Positions 52,962 through 62,804 of a DNA stretch of 64,000 nt are shown piece by piece. Every line of letters begins with the position of its first letter. Positions within the stretch are counted from its first letter, which is position 1. This stretch comes from Gammaproteobacteria bacterium (GTDB lineage: Bacteria > Pseudomonadota > Gammaproteobacteria > SZUA-229): the NCBI GenBank assembly GCA_015488885.1, contig WFMW01000012.1:38354-102353 (forward strand), read 5' to 3'. The notes under the pieces were generated by a model that searched no databases, was not told the origin of the DNA, and saw nothing but the letters and a program-made list of their open reading frames with translations. The position numbers and the translations under genes are program-made.

Positions 52962-53939
52962 GTGTTTTTTATGCTGATTGATTCACTCGCCATTATTAGT
53001 GGCTTTATCCTGCTAATCTGGAGTGCCGACCGATTTATCTGCGGTGCTGCGGCAACCGCACGCAACCTTCATGTGCCCCCGCTGATCATTGGCCTGACCA
53101 TTGTCGGTTTTGGTACGTCAGCACCAGAAATCATGGTCGCCTTCTTTGCTGCTTATGATGGTAGCCCGGCCATGGCCATTGGTAATGCGATTGGTTCCAA
53201 TATTACCAATATTACTCTGGTACTTGGTGTGGCGGCATTGATCGCACCGCTAAATGTCCACTCACGTATTATAAAAAAAGAATTACCTATCCTGCTGATG
53301 GCCATGCTGGTTGCACTGGCATTGATGCGTGACATGACCCTGAACCGTTTTGATGGTTTTGTCCTGATCAGCCTGTTAGGTTTGCTTATGTGGTGGATGA
53401 CACGTGAAGCGATTCGCAATAAAAATGAAGATGCCTTCACCGAAGAAATTGTTGAAGAACTACCCGCTCATATGTCAACGAAGGCAGCAACCTTCTGGCT
53501 AATTACCGGGCTTTTATTATTAACACTCAGTTCCAAAATTCTGGTATGGGGCGCAGTCAATATTGCCCATGCACTGGGTATCAGTGACCTGATTATTGGT
53601 CTTACTATTATCGCCATTGGTACCAGCTTACCCGAGCTGGCAGCCTCAATTACCGGTGCACTCAGAAATGAACACGATATTGTCATTGGCAACGTGGTAG
53701 GCTCAAACCTGTTTAACACTCTGGGAGTATTAGCAATACCCGGCCTGATTGCACCGGCAAAACTGGCACCCGGTATTATGGATCGCGATATCCCGATATT
53801 ATTTATCCTTACCATTGCCCTTTTTATTATGGCTTATGGTTTTAAAGGCAAAGGGCGGATCAATCGAATTGAAGGCGGCATTTTACTGACCGCCTTTTGC
53901 CTCTATCAACTGCTACTCTTTTTTACCGTAATTAAATAA
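52962..53939 (+). CDS. yrbG: Ca2+/Na+ antiporter (CaCA family, YrbG-like)
   Basis: Two alpha-repeat regions (GTSAPE.. and GTSLPELAASI) and a 10 TM profile. Precedes kdsD as in E. coli. Confidence 0.8.
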   Translation: MFFMLIDSLAIISGFILLIWSADRFICGAAATARNLHVPPLIIGLTIVGFGTSAPEIMVAFFAAYDGSPAMAIGNAIGSNITNITLVLGVAALIAPLNVHSRIIKKELPILLMAMLVALALMRDMTLNRFDGFVLISLLGLLMWWMTREAIRNKNEDAFTEEIVEELPAHMSTKAATFWLITGLLLLTLSSKILVWGAVNIAHALGISDLIIGLTIIAIGTSLPELAASITGALRNEHDIVIGNVVGSNLFNTLGVLAIPGLIAPAKLAPGIMDRDIPILFILTIALFIMAYGFKGKGRINRIEGGILLTAFCLYQLLLFFTVIK

Positions 53940-53966
53940 CTTTATGACCTTTATAAAAATACCACA

Positions 53967-54953
53967 ATGACCAGTAAAAAATTCAATAAAGAAGATTATC
54001 AACATCTGGGCCAACAGGTTATTGAGGCAGAACTGGATGAAATCGCTGCATTAAAAACCAGGATTAACCAGAATTTTGCATCCGCCTGTGACCTTCTACT
54101 CCACTGCAAGGGACGCATTATTGTTACCGGCATGGGAAAATCGGGACATATTGGCGGCAAAATTGCCGCCACCCTGGCCAGCACCGGTTCCCCGGCTTTT
54201 TTTGTCCACCCGGGCGAAGCCAGTCATGGTGATTTAGGCATGATCACCCCAAATGATATTGTCCTTGCTCTGTCCAATTCAGGCAACACCGCCGAAATCG
54301 CCACCATTATCCCTATTCTGAAACGTTTTGGCATACCCTTGATCAGCATGACTGGCAATGCCAATTCAACCCTGGCAAAGGCTGCTGATATCAACCTTGA
54401 TGTCAGTATCAGCAAGGAAGCCTGCCCGCATGATCTGGCGCCAACCTCCAGTACCACCGTTGCTCTGGTAATGGGCGATGCCCTGGCCGTCACCCTGTTG
54501 CAGGCAAAAGGTTTTACTGCAGATGATTTCGCACTCTCCCATCCTGGTGGTAGCCTGGGTAAACGTTTACTTTTGCACGTTGCTGATATTATGCATACTG
54601 CTGAACGTATCCCGAAAGTACCACGTAATGCTACTGTTTCCCAGACCCTACTGGAAATGAGTGAAAAAGGCCTGGGTATGACCGCAATTACCGATGCCGA
54701 TAATACCCTGCTGGGTATTTACACAGACGGGGACTTACGTCGTTCACTGGATAAAAACATTAATGTCAACCAAACCTCTGTCGGAGAGGTAATGACCGCA
54801 AACTGTCACACCACCACAGCCGACACATTGGTGGCAAGTGTACTAAAAACCATGGAAGACGCCGGTATCAATGCAATTCTGGTGATTGATAATGAAAATA
54901 AACTTATCGGTGCTTTTAATATGCACGATGTATTACGTGCCGGCATTGTTTAA
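53967..54953 (+). CDS. kdsD: Arabinose-5-phosphate isomerase
   Basis: SIS domain (GRIIVTGMGKSGHIG) plus tandem CBS domains. Confidence 0.9.
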   Translation: MTSKKFNKEDYQHLGQQVIEAELDEIAALKTRINQNFASACDLLLHCKGRIIVTGMGKSGHIGGKIAATLASTGSPAFFVHPGEASHGDLGMITPNDIVLALSNSGNTAEIATIIPILKRFGIPLISMTGNANSTLAKAADINLDVSISKEACPHDLAPTSSTTVALVMGDALAVTLLQAKGFTADDFALSHPGGSLGKRLLLHVADIMHTAERIPKVPRNATVSQTLLEMSEKGLGMTAITDADNTLLGIYTDGDLRRSLDKNINVNQTSVGEVMTANCHTTTADTLVASVLKTMEDAGINAILVIDNENKLIGAFNMHDVLRAGIV

Positions 54954-54962
54954 TAGACGCCC

Positions 54963-55125
54963 AGGAGTCTGTCGGACTTAACCAATCGTAGCGAGGGAAA
55001 GCCGATTTGAGGCAGATTTTTCGTTATTTTGAGGCGAATAGTACGACTATTTAACGAAAAATAACGGGGAATATGTCCAAATTCGGCTTTTACGTAGTAG
55101 GTTGTGTTAAGTCCGACAGACTCCT
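54963..55125. repeat. 163 bp nested palindromic element (ERIC/MITE-like) filling the kdsD/asmA convergent gap
   Basis: Perfect 20 bp terminal IR aggagtctgtcggacttaac (54963-54982) / gttaagtccgacagactcct (55106-55125). Inner imperfect IR aaagccgatttg / caaattcggcttt. Innermost perfect 9 bp IR cgttatttt (55022-55030) / aaaataacg (55057-55065). Confidence 0.65.
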
Positions 55126-55130
55126 AGAGA

Positions 55131-58100
55131 TCAGTTGGCAGGTAAAAGGTTAATATGAACAACTTTTATCGGTTTACCGGACAGAGCAATGGCACAGTAA
55201 TCATTAGCATCGATAATTGTGTCATAGACTTTACGGGTTAAACCCTCTGCCACCAGAGAGATACCACCGGTGGCAATGGCCAGACCAATATGAATAGCAC
55301 TTTTAGCAGTGCTTAGCGTCGTACCAGCAAGGTTAGGTTCGATGGTTGGAGAACTCAGAGTACCGCTAATATCAACCGGGATTAAAGCAAGTTTGGCAAT
55401 AGAAGTATTTTTCGCGTGGGGTTCAATATAAAAATCCAGTTTTTCCTGGTTAAGATTGGCCATTCCGGTACCCAACACAGAAACCAGCCCGGTATCAAAA
55501 ATAATAGCTTGTGACGTCACAATACCCTGTTTAATTTTAACATTAACCACACCACAGCGTATTCTCTGTTTATGCTTATTGCCGGGCAGGGGCAATAAAT
55601 TAGCAAGATTGGTCGAAAACAGATTAAGTGCATGACTGTTAAGTCTGCCATCCTGCATTCTTATCAATACATCACCATTGAGTGACGATGCCAGTTTATG
55701 GGGTGAATTTCCAGTAGCTGCCAGGTTCAGGTTTACATCCATTTTTCCACTGATAATTCCTTCCTGACCAGGTGTTTGCTGAAATTTACCATAGTCAAAA
55801 TGCTTAATTATCCATGAAGTTTTAATTATAGGTTTTTCAGGCCGGGTAATGCTGGCATTACCGCTAAAATGGCCACCAGAAAAATCAAATACGAGTGGAG
55901 AAAATTTAACCATGCTTTTTTTTATTGAGGCTAATACATGTAATTCATTTACTGTATAAGACTTAAGTTCAACCTTTCCTGCATCAAGTTTAACTGTAGC
56001 ATTAATGTTTTTTAAAGATTTCAGCTTAAATAGCTTATCGGGAAATGGCTTATCGGAAAACAGCTTTATTTTTTTATGTTGCTTCGTTGAGGCTTTTTTT
56101 GAGAAAACCTTTTTAGTCTTGCTTATAAACTGATTCAGATTGATATAACTGGATTTAAGCGTTGCCCGTATACTGACAGGTTTTGTCAAACGATTGATTG
56201 AAATATTCCCGTGTAGATTATTTTTACCCACAACAATAAATGTATCAGTAAAATTTAAATGCCGGTTGGTTTTTTCTAGCCTTGTTTTGATTGAAACCGG
56301 TAAGACAGGCATATGTTTAATAACATCGGGTTTTAGTTTGGGCAAAAAAGATTTTGCCTGTCGCAGACTGACAAGCGGATTTTTAATTTTAATATCAGCA
56401 TAAATCCTGATAGCTTGCCTGGTTATGGCATGAAGATCAAAAGCCTGTAAAAAATCGGCTTTAATATTGCTGTTTACGCCTACCCCCTGAAGATGGCTGC
56501 TTATTGTATAAGGTTTTGCGGTGATTATTTTATAGATAGAATCAAGCTTTCCCTGTGCAGATACTTTCCTGCGGTTGATGGTGGCGGTCACCGAATACTT
56601 TGCTGGTTTTTTTATTGCAGAAAAAGCAAGCTGTGCCCGCCTGACAATAATATAAGCCGGTTTTCTGTTTTTAACCAGTGTTTGCCCGGTGATAATATTT
56701 GACCCGGAGATAGTTACCGAACCATGCGCATTATTGACCAGATCACGGAGATTATCTGCTTTTGAAACAAGTTTAATACGGCTATTCAGCCCGCCTTTTT
56801 TAATGGCCTTTACACCAAAAGATTTTAATACAGTAGCCAGATTAATTTTATTAATGGTTAAATTCAGACTTGCAGTGCTCAGGGCAGACTGCTGGTAAAA
56901 ACTTGATTGCGCACTGACACTACCCTGTGAATAATCAAATTTTAAATGGCTTATATCCAGCTTACCCTTTTGTAGCCGTGCTTGCAGATGATTATTGGCT
57001 GTTTTTATTTTACCTGCCAGCAGTTTTTTTATATCAACATCAAGATTAGCATTGAACATCTCAAGTTGCTTAAAGCGTAGTGATAAGGCAGGAATAGCCA
57101 GCAGTTGCCTGGTGGTTTTTTCTATTTTTTTCTGTCTGCTTTTTTTCTGTCTGCTTTTATGTTGTACTTTGTTTGCATTAAGTTTCAGTTTATTCAGATT
57201 AATGCGATTAGAATACAGCTTTGCTGACAACATTGGCACCGGCTTATCCAGTGATATAGCCAGCCTGCCATGAATATCACTATCTGCCAGTTGCATATCT
57301 AAATCTTCCAGTGTCCACTGTTGATTTTTACTGTTTATATGGCCATGAATCGTTAATGGCGTAGCAGCTGCCAGCAAACGTTTACCCGTGGTAACCGTTA
57401 TAACTTTATTGATATCATCGGTTTTCAGCTTAACATCAAGATTCAGGTCAAATGCCGTTAAAGGATGTGTAACCTTACCTTCAACATATAAAGCGATGCC
57501 TGCTGCATTACCGTATAAAAAAGCATTCAGCGGGTCATCTTTCAAGATGTGAGAAACACGACTGACTTTACCGTTAAAATTAAATTTCTCGTCATTAATA
57601 CGCCCTGTGGCTTCAATCATACTCAGGTGTTTTTTTTCTTCCTTCAGCCTGAGCGATTTAATCCATACACGCGAGTCAATAGTATCCTGGTGATCGATAT
57701 AATGTATCCTGATATTATTCAATGTTAACTGTCTGATAACCGGTAGAAAGCGACTGATAGTCTGCAGAACATGCGTATTGCTGGTTGTTTCTGCCGGACT
57801 TACTGCGGATTGCGCATGAGTCGGTTCTGGATTAAAGAACCAGTTGGAAATGCCTGCCGTATTATTTTCGACAATAACTCGGAGGTTTTCTATCTGTACA
57901 ATATCAATGAGTAGCCGTTTTTTGAGTAGCGGTTTTAACGGTAATTCGAGTTTGAGTTTTCCCACATCAAGCATGGGCTGGTTCAGCCCCCATGGGGCAT
58001 TGCTTATACTGGCGTGGTCAATTTGCAGACGAGCAATTAACTGGCGATTGATTAAATCAATAGCAATATTACCACCCAGCTTGAGTTCACGTCCGGTAAA

Positions 58101-58244
58101 GATATGGAAATAATGTTCTATTTGGGGTTTATAATTATTCAGATTAATCGTTGCCAGTACAACAAGCATGGCAACAGGAACAAGCAATACAAGACCAGCT
58201 GCAACAGCAGTGATTAAAACATATTTTTTACGTTTTGCTGACAT
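55131..58244 (-). CDS. AsmA-family outer-membrane biogenesis protein (large, Lys-rich)
   Basis: 1037 aa. N-terminal TM anchor followed by NLNNYKPQIEHYF...LKLGGNIAIDL, typical of the AsmA N-domain. Contains an in-frame 15 bp tandem duplication (KSRQK x2). Confidence 0.7.
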   Translation of the reverse strand: MSAKRKKYVLITAVAAGLVLLVPVAMLVVLATINLNNYKPQIEHYFHIFTGRELKLGGNIAIDLINRQLIARLQIDHASISNAPWGLNQPMLDVGKLKLELPLKPLLKKRLLIDIVQIENLRVIVENNTAGISNWFFNPEPTHAQSAVSPAETTSNTHVLQTISRFLPVIRQLTLNNIRIHYIDHQDTIDSRVWIKSLRLKEEKKHLSMIEATGRINDEKFNFNGKVSRVSHILKDDPLNAFLYGNAAGIALYVEGKVTHPLTAFDLNLDVKLKTDDINKVITVTTGKRLLAAATPLTIHGHINSKNQQWTLEDLDMQLADSDIHGRLAISLDKPVPMLSAKLYSNRINLNKLKLNANKVQHKSRQKKSRQKKIEKTTRQLLAIPALSLRFKQLEMFNANLDVDIKKLLAGKIKTANNHLQARLQKGKLDISHLKFDYSQGSVSAQSSFYQQSALSTASLNLTINKINLATVLKSFGVKAIKKGGLNSRIKLVSKADNLRDLVNNAHGSVTISGSNIITGQTLVKNRKPAYIIVRRAQLAFSAIKKPAKYSVTATINRRKVSAQGKLDSIYKIITAKPYTISSHLQGVGVNSNIKADFLQAFDLHAITRQAIRIYADIKIKNPLVSLRQAKSFLPKLKPDVIKHMPVLPVSIKTRLEKTNRHLNFTDTFIVVGKNNLHGNISINRLTKPVSIRATLKSSYINLNQFISKTKKVFSKKASTKQHKKIKLFSDKPFPDKLFKLKSLKNINATVKLDAGKVELKSYTVNELHVLASIKKSMVKFSPLVFDFSGGHFSGNASITRPEKPIIKTSWIIKHFDYGKFQQTPGQEGIISGKMDVNLNLAATGNSPHKLASSLNGDVLIRMQDGRLNSHALNLFSTNLANLLPLPGNKHKQRIRCGVVNVKIKQGIVTSQAIIFDTGLVSVLGTGMANLNQEKLDFYIEPHAKNTSIAKLALIPVDISGTLSSPTIEPNLAGTTLSTAKSAIHIGLAIATGGISLVAEGLTRKVYDTIIDANDYCAIALSGKPIKVVHINLLPAN

Positions 58245-58283
58245 GATGTTTTACTGATCATCTGAATCATTCACTACCAGTAG

Positions 58284-58470
58284 GCCTGTTTCTGAAAGAG
58301 GTTGTCGTAAAAGCAATAGCTTTGCGACAAGCTCGTGCAGTACATGGATGTGCTGCCTGAAACAACGACGCCAAGTCGTTGTTTCAGCGAGAAAAGGGAA
58401 AATCGCATTTTTTCCTTTTCGTGTGTCGCAAAGTCCAGGAAGGACTTTTGCGACACCCTCTGAAACAGAT
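58284..58470. repeat. Multi-hairpin palindromic region between argH and the asmA-like gene
   Basis: Perfect 13 bp stem ctgaaacaacgac/gtcgttgtttcag with loop gccaa (58357-58387). A 14 bp stem with 1 nt bulge gtgtcgcaaagtcc/ggacttttgcgacac (58423-58456). An imperfect stem around a C-residue loop (58388-58423). An outer imperfect pairing 58287-58307 with 58451-58468 that overlaps the second hairpin. Confidence 0.55.
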
Positions 58471-58605
58471 AAAAAGCATACTGTTAATCCTGATGAATAG
58501 CGTGAAAATCCTGATTAGTATCAGTATCAGTGACAGTTTTTGTAAAGGCGGTTAGTGGTAACAGGCAAAGAGTCACCTGGATAAATATAGATACAGGGCT
58601 TTTTG

Positions 58606-60021
58606 TCATACTGATAAATCCTGTTTTGCCTGTGCAATGGCTCGTTTCACCTGTTCAGGTGCTGTGCCGCCAATATGCTTTCTTGCCGCCACGGAACCTT
58701 CCAGGGTTAACACCTCAAACACATCCTCATCGATTCGGTCAGAAAACTGCTGTAATGTCTGCAGGCTCAATTCGCTTAAATCTTTATGTTCGGCGATACC
58801 TTTGGCCACGGCTTTACCAACAATTTCATGGGCATCACGAAAGGGCAGGTTTTTACGCACCAGATAATCCGCCAGATCGGTAGCGGTGGAAAAACCCTGT
58901 CTGGCCGCCGCCCGCATAACTTGATGATTACACTTAATGGCCGGTATCATGTCGGCAAATGCACGCAAACTACCTTGAACAGTGTCGATAGTATCAAACA
59001 AGGGTTCCTTGTCTTCCTGATTATCCTTGTTGTAGGCCAGTGGCTGAGACTTCATCAAGGTCAACAGACACATTAGATGACCATTGACACGCCCGGTTTT
59101 GCCACGCACCAGTTCCGGCACATCCGGGTTTTTTTTCTGCGGCATAATCGATGAACCGGTACAGAAACGGTCGGGCAATTCAATAAAATTGAATTGTGCT
59201 GATGCCCACAATACCAGTTCCTCCGCCATTCGCGACAGATGGGTCATCAGAATCGCCGACGCTGCACAGAATTCTATGGCAAAATCCCGGTCACTGACGG
59301 CATCCAGAGAATTTTGTGCCGGGGCGGTAAAACCCAGTTCCTCAGCGGTAAAATCCCGGTCGATGGGGTAACTGGTACCTGCCAGCGCGGCAGCACCCAG
59401 TGGTGAAATATTCATCCGCACACAACAGTCGGCAAACCGTGAGGCATCACGCTTTAACATTTCAAACCATGCCATTAGATGATGACCGAAGGTGACCGGC
59501 TGGGCAACCTGAAGATGGGTAAAACCCGGCATAATACTATCCACTTCACGCTCGGCCACCTCCAGCAGGCCACACTCGAAACGTTTGATTTCTGCAATAA
59601 TCAAACCGATCTGTTCACGCAGATACAAACGGATGTCGGTGGCAACCTGATCATTGCGCGAACGCCCGGTATGCAGGCGTTTTCCGGCATCGCCAACCAG
59701 TTCAGTAAGCCGCGCTTCAATATTCATGTGCACGTCTTCCAGCGCGACTGACCAGTCAAACTCACCACGTTGAATTTCCCGCTCGATGGTATCCAGCCCC
59801 TGCAGTATGGTTTCGACATCCTGCCTGTCGAGAACACCAATCTTATGCAGCATACGTGCATGGGCACGGGAACCCTGTATATCCTGCTTATACATACGCT
59901 GATCAAAAGAGACGGAGGCGGTAAAGCGTTTGACAAAAGCGTCGGTCTGCTCACTAAAACGCCCACCCCAGGCAGCATTAACACCTGCGCCCCTATCTGT
60001 TTCGTTATTATTGTTACTCAT
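58606..60021 (-). CDS. argH: Argininosuccinate lyase
   Basis: WGGRFSE N-region, fumarate-lyase signature [12 protein letters not shown], 471 aa. Confidence 0.9.
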   Translation of the reverse strand: MSNNNNETDRGAGVNAAWGGRFSEQTDAFVKRFTASVSFDQRMYKQDIQGSRAHARMLHKIGVLDRQDVETILQGLDTIEREIQRGEFDWSVALEDVHMNIEARLTELVGDAGKRLHTGRSRNDQVATDIRLYLREQIGLIIAEIKRFECGLLEVAEREVDSIMPGFTHLQVAQPVTFGHHLMAWFEMLKRDASRFADCCVRMNISPLGAAALAGTSYPIDRDFTAEELGFTAPAQNSLDAVSDRDFAIEFCAASAILMTHLSRMAEELVLWASAQFNFIELPDRFCTGSSIMPQKKNPDVPELVRGKTGRVNGHLMCLLTLMKSQPLAYNKDNQEDKEPLFDTIDTVQGSLRAFADMIPAIKCNHQVMRAAARQGFSTATDLADYLVRKNLPFRDAHEIVGKAVAKGIAEHKDLSELSLQTLQQFSDRIDEDVFEVLTLEGSVAARKHIGGTAPEQVKRAIAQAKQDLSV

Positions 60022-60159
60022 GATTATTCTTCAACCAGGTTACGCTTCAACTAAAATGAATAACAGTATATCAAACCCCCACAAGCCTGTCCGCTGGCGA
60101 GAACAGGACAGATTGCTTATACTTAGCCCTGTTTGTTTAAATCTGAACCGAAAAACACT

Positions 60160-60711
60160 ATGCAGGATATTATTGATAAAGCACGTCATATTGAACTGGT
60201 TATTTTTGATATTGATGGCGTAATGACCGATGGCAGTTTGTTTTTTGGCGATGATGGCCAGGAATATAAAGCCTTTAACTCTTTTGATGGCCATGGCCTG
60301 CGGATGTTACAGGAGTGCGGGGTTAACGTTGCGGTGATTACCGGGCGCAAATCCAGTGTTGTCGAACATCGCATGACCGATCTTGGGGTGAGCTTGCTGT
60401 ACCAGGGGTATCGTGATAAAACACCGGCCTTTCAGACATTATTAAAAGAAGTGAATTTAACGCGTGAGCAGATCACCTATGTCGGCGATGATGTGGTTGA
60501 CCTGCCCATTATGTCACAATTAAATCTGGCTATTGCAGTGCAAAACGCCCACCCTTTTGTCAAACAGCATGCCCACTGGATCACCCCGCGTTGCGGTGGA
60601 CAGGGTGCGGTGCGTGATGTTTGCGAATTTATCCTCGAAGCTAAAGGCCTGTTAAACGATAAACTCCACACTTATCTGCATCAGCCTACCGACACCAGCC
60701 CGATACGTTAA
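60160..60711 (+). CDS. kdsC: 3-deoxy-D-manno-octulosonate 8-phosphate phosphatase
   Basis: IELVIFDIDGVMTDGSLFF HAD motif I and GDDVVDLP motif. Start set at the ATG (MQDII); the ORF-track start is a TTG 27 nt upstream. Confidence 0.85.
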   Translation: MQDIIDKARHIELVIFDIDGVMTDGSLFFGDDGQEYKAFNSFDGHGLRMLQECGVNVAVITGRKSSVVEHRMTDLGVSLLYQGYRDKTPAFQTLLKEVNLTREQITYVGDDVVDLPIMSQLNLAIAVQNAHPFVKQHAHWITPRCGGQGAVRDVCEFILEAKGLLNDKLHTYLHQPTDTSPIR

Positions 60712-60713
60712 CG

Positions 60714-61301
60714 GTGAAAACACTAATCAGTGGCATCATTTTCATTATTGCCGCCATTATTGTGTGGTGGTCAATCACCGACCGTAGTGCTTATAATGAC
60801 CACTTGCAACCGGTGATAAAGCAGCCCTATCTGGAAATATTTATGGATAACTTTAAAATAACCGCCCTGAACTCGCTGGGACAGATCGATTATATACTCA
60901 GTGGTAAACGCATTGAACGTTACCATAACTCGGAGAATGCAACCGCTTTTTTGCCCGTATTTAAATTTCTACAGCAGAATAACCAGTGGTTGATTACTGC
61001 GAAAACAGCCATTATCAACCAGAAAAATAATACTATCAAACTCAGCAATAATGTCGTGATGCAACAGCAAAATCAGCCACAGGCAATAAAAATCACCAGC
61101 CAGACTATGCTTATTAACACGCTGACACAAACAGCTTCAACCAACAGCCCTATAGAATTTCTTAATGGACAGTCAAAAATGCAGTCAACTGGAATGATTT
61201 TTTACCATCGTAAAAATGTCTTTGAATTAAACCGGAATGTACATGGTTTTTATCTCAACACACCATCAAGTGATAGACAGACTAATCAAAATAACTTTTA
61301 G
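60714..61301 (+). CDS. lptC: LPS export protein LptC
   Basis: 195 aa with an N-terminal TM anchor (IIFIIAAIIVWW) and a periplasmic beta-jellyroll-sized domain. Position between kdsC and lptA. Confidence 0.75.
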   Translation: MKTLISGIIFIIAAIIVWWSITDRSAYNDHLQPVIKQPYLEIFMDNFKITALNSLGQIDYILSGKRIERYHNSENATAFLPVFKFLQQNNQWLITAKTAIINQKNNTIKLSNNVVMQQQNQPQAIKITSQTMLINTLTQTASTNSPIEFLNGQSKMQSTGMIFYHRKNVFELNRNVHGFYLNTPSSDRQTNQNNF

Positions 61302-61308
61302 AATCGCC

Positions 61309-61875
61309 ATGATAAATAAATTACCGTGCAAAAAGTACCCGATTAAAATAATCTTTACCGGTCTCAGCTTTTTCTGCCTGCTTGCTGTAGTGAGTGACAC
61401 CTATGCACAAAAAGATCAGCTGGAGCGGGCTGAAAAGATATACATCTCCGCTGATCATGTAAAAATGAATATCAACTCACACACCAGCATCTATAATGGG
61501 CATGTAAAAATTTCTCAGGGAAAACGGATACTTACCGGCAACCATGCGATTTTGATACAAAAAAACAACCGGATCGAACGCATTAATGTTGACGGCAATC
61601 CCGCCGCTTATACCACAGTGACTGAAACCGGCAAACCGATCAGTGCCACCGGTCAGCATATCGTTTACACGGACCACGATCAATTACTGGTATTAACCGG
61701 GAATGCAAGATTACGCCAGCCCGAACGTACCGTCAGCAGCCAGAGAATTGTCTATGATACCCGCCAGCATACTGTGGTAGCAGGCCGCAAAATCGCCAAT
61801 ACAAAAAGTAGCCAGTCAGTACCGGAAAAAGAGCGCGTCAATATTACGCTGACACCACAAAGAGAAACACCCTGA
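61309..61875 (+). CDS. lptA: LPS transport periplasmic protein LptA
   Basis: Start at MINKL after the lptC stop. Signal peptide then an OstA-N-like domain (IYISADHVKMN...VKISQGKRILTGNHAI). Confidence 0.8.
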   Translation: MINKLPCKKYPIKIIFTGLSFFCLLAVVSDTYAQKDQLERAEKIYISADHVKMNINSHTSIYNGHVKISQGKRILTGNHAILIQKNNRIERINVDGNPAAYTTVTETGKPISATGQHIVYTDHDQLLVLTGNARLRQPERTVSSQRIVYDTRQHTVVAGRKIANTKSSQSVPEKERVNITLTPQRETP

Positions 61876-61982
61876 TGTTTATTTGTCGCCTGTTTTTCAC
61901 CTCGCCTGTATATCAACTCAGCTCGCTCAAATCAGCCACTTATGTCATTAGACTTTGTTATTAAATAAGCCAGGATATTCCC

Positions 61983-62708
61983 TTGTCAACACTTAGCGCA
62001 CACAATCTGGTAAAAAGCTATCGCTCCCGCACCGTGGTCGATACCGTTTCACTCGACGTAAAGAGTGGTGAGGTTGTCGGTCTACTTGGGCCAAATGGTG
62101 CCGGCAAGACAACCTGTTTCTACATGATGGTTGGCCTGATTATGGCTGATAAGGGTGAAATTATGCTGGACGACATCAACCTGACCCCCCTACCCATGCA
62201 TGCCCGGGCTCAACGCGGGCTGGGCTATTTACCTCAGGAAGCATCGGTGTTTCGTAAACTCAGCGTGGAAGACAATATTTTAGCTGTCCTTGAATTAAAA
62301 AAACAACTCAGCAAAAAACAGCGTCAGCAACATCTGGAATCTCTTCTCGATGACCTCCAGATTGGGCATATTCGTACCAGTATTGGCATCAGTCTGTCTG
62401 GTGGCGAACGCCGACGCGTTGAAATTGCCCGTGCCCTTGCTACCCAACCGGCTTTTATCCTGCTGGATGAACCTTTTGCCGGTGTTGACCCCATTTCGGT
62501 CATTGAAATACAGAAAATCATCACTCATCTGATCGAGCGCAATATTGGTATTTTGATTACCGACCATAATGTACGTGAAACACTTGGTATATGCCATCGT
62601 GCTTATATACTAAATAACGGTAAAATCATCGCACAGGGCCAGCCTGATGAAATTCTTTCTAATAAAGAAGTACAGGATGTATACCTTGGGCGTAATTTTC
62701 GACTATAA
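61983..62708 (+). CDS. lptB: LPS export ABC transporter ATP-binding protein LptB
   Basis: TTG start. [16 protein letters not shown]...[12 protein letters not shown] Walker [16 protein letters not shown] signature, and [12 protein letters not shown]. Confidence 0.9.
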   Translation: MSTLSAHNLVKSYRSRTVVDTVSLDVKSGEVVGLLGPNGAGKTTCFYMMVGLIMADKGEIMLDDINLTPLPMHARAQRGLGYLPQEASVFRKLSVEDNILAVLELKKQLSKKQRQQHLESLLDDLQIGHIRTSIGISLSGGERRRVEIARALATQPAFILLDEPFAGVDPISVIEIQKIITHLIERNIGILITDHNVRETLGICHRAYILNNGKIIAQGQPDEILSNKEVQDVYLGRNFRL

Positions 62709-62804
62709 AGATAAAGAGAACCTCTGAATAAGTCATAAATCGACCTCTTATGGTGACTATTGTGATAAACCAATGTATTTCTGGATGATATTTTTTAGTT
62801 TAAG

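Noticed and set aside
58340-58400. Possible sigma-54 promoter (TGGCGT-N5-TTTCA) about 115 nt upstream of asmA on the minus strand
   Set aside because: The conserved -12 GC dinucleotide is missing (TC instead). It is embedded in a palindrome, so the match is probably fortuitous.
58274-58456. 60 aa ORF inside the multi-hairpin region
   Set aside because: Lies wholly in palindromic DNA, has no RBS, and its composition is driven by the repeats.
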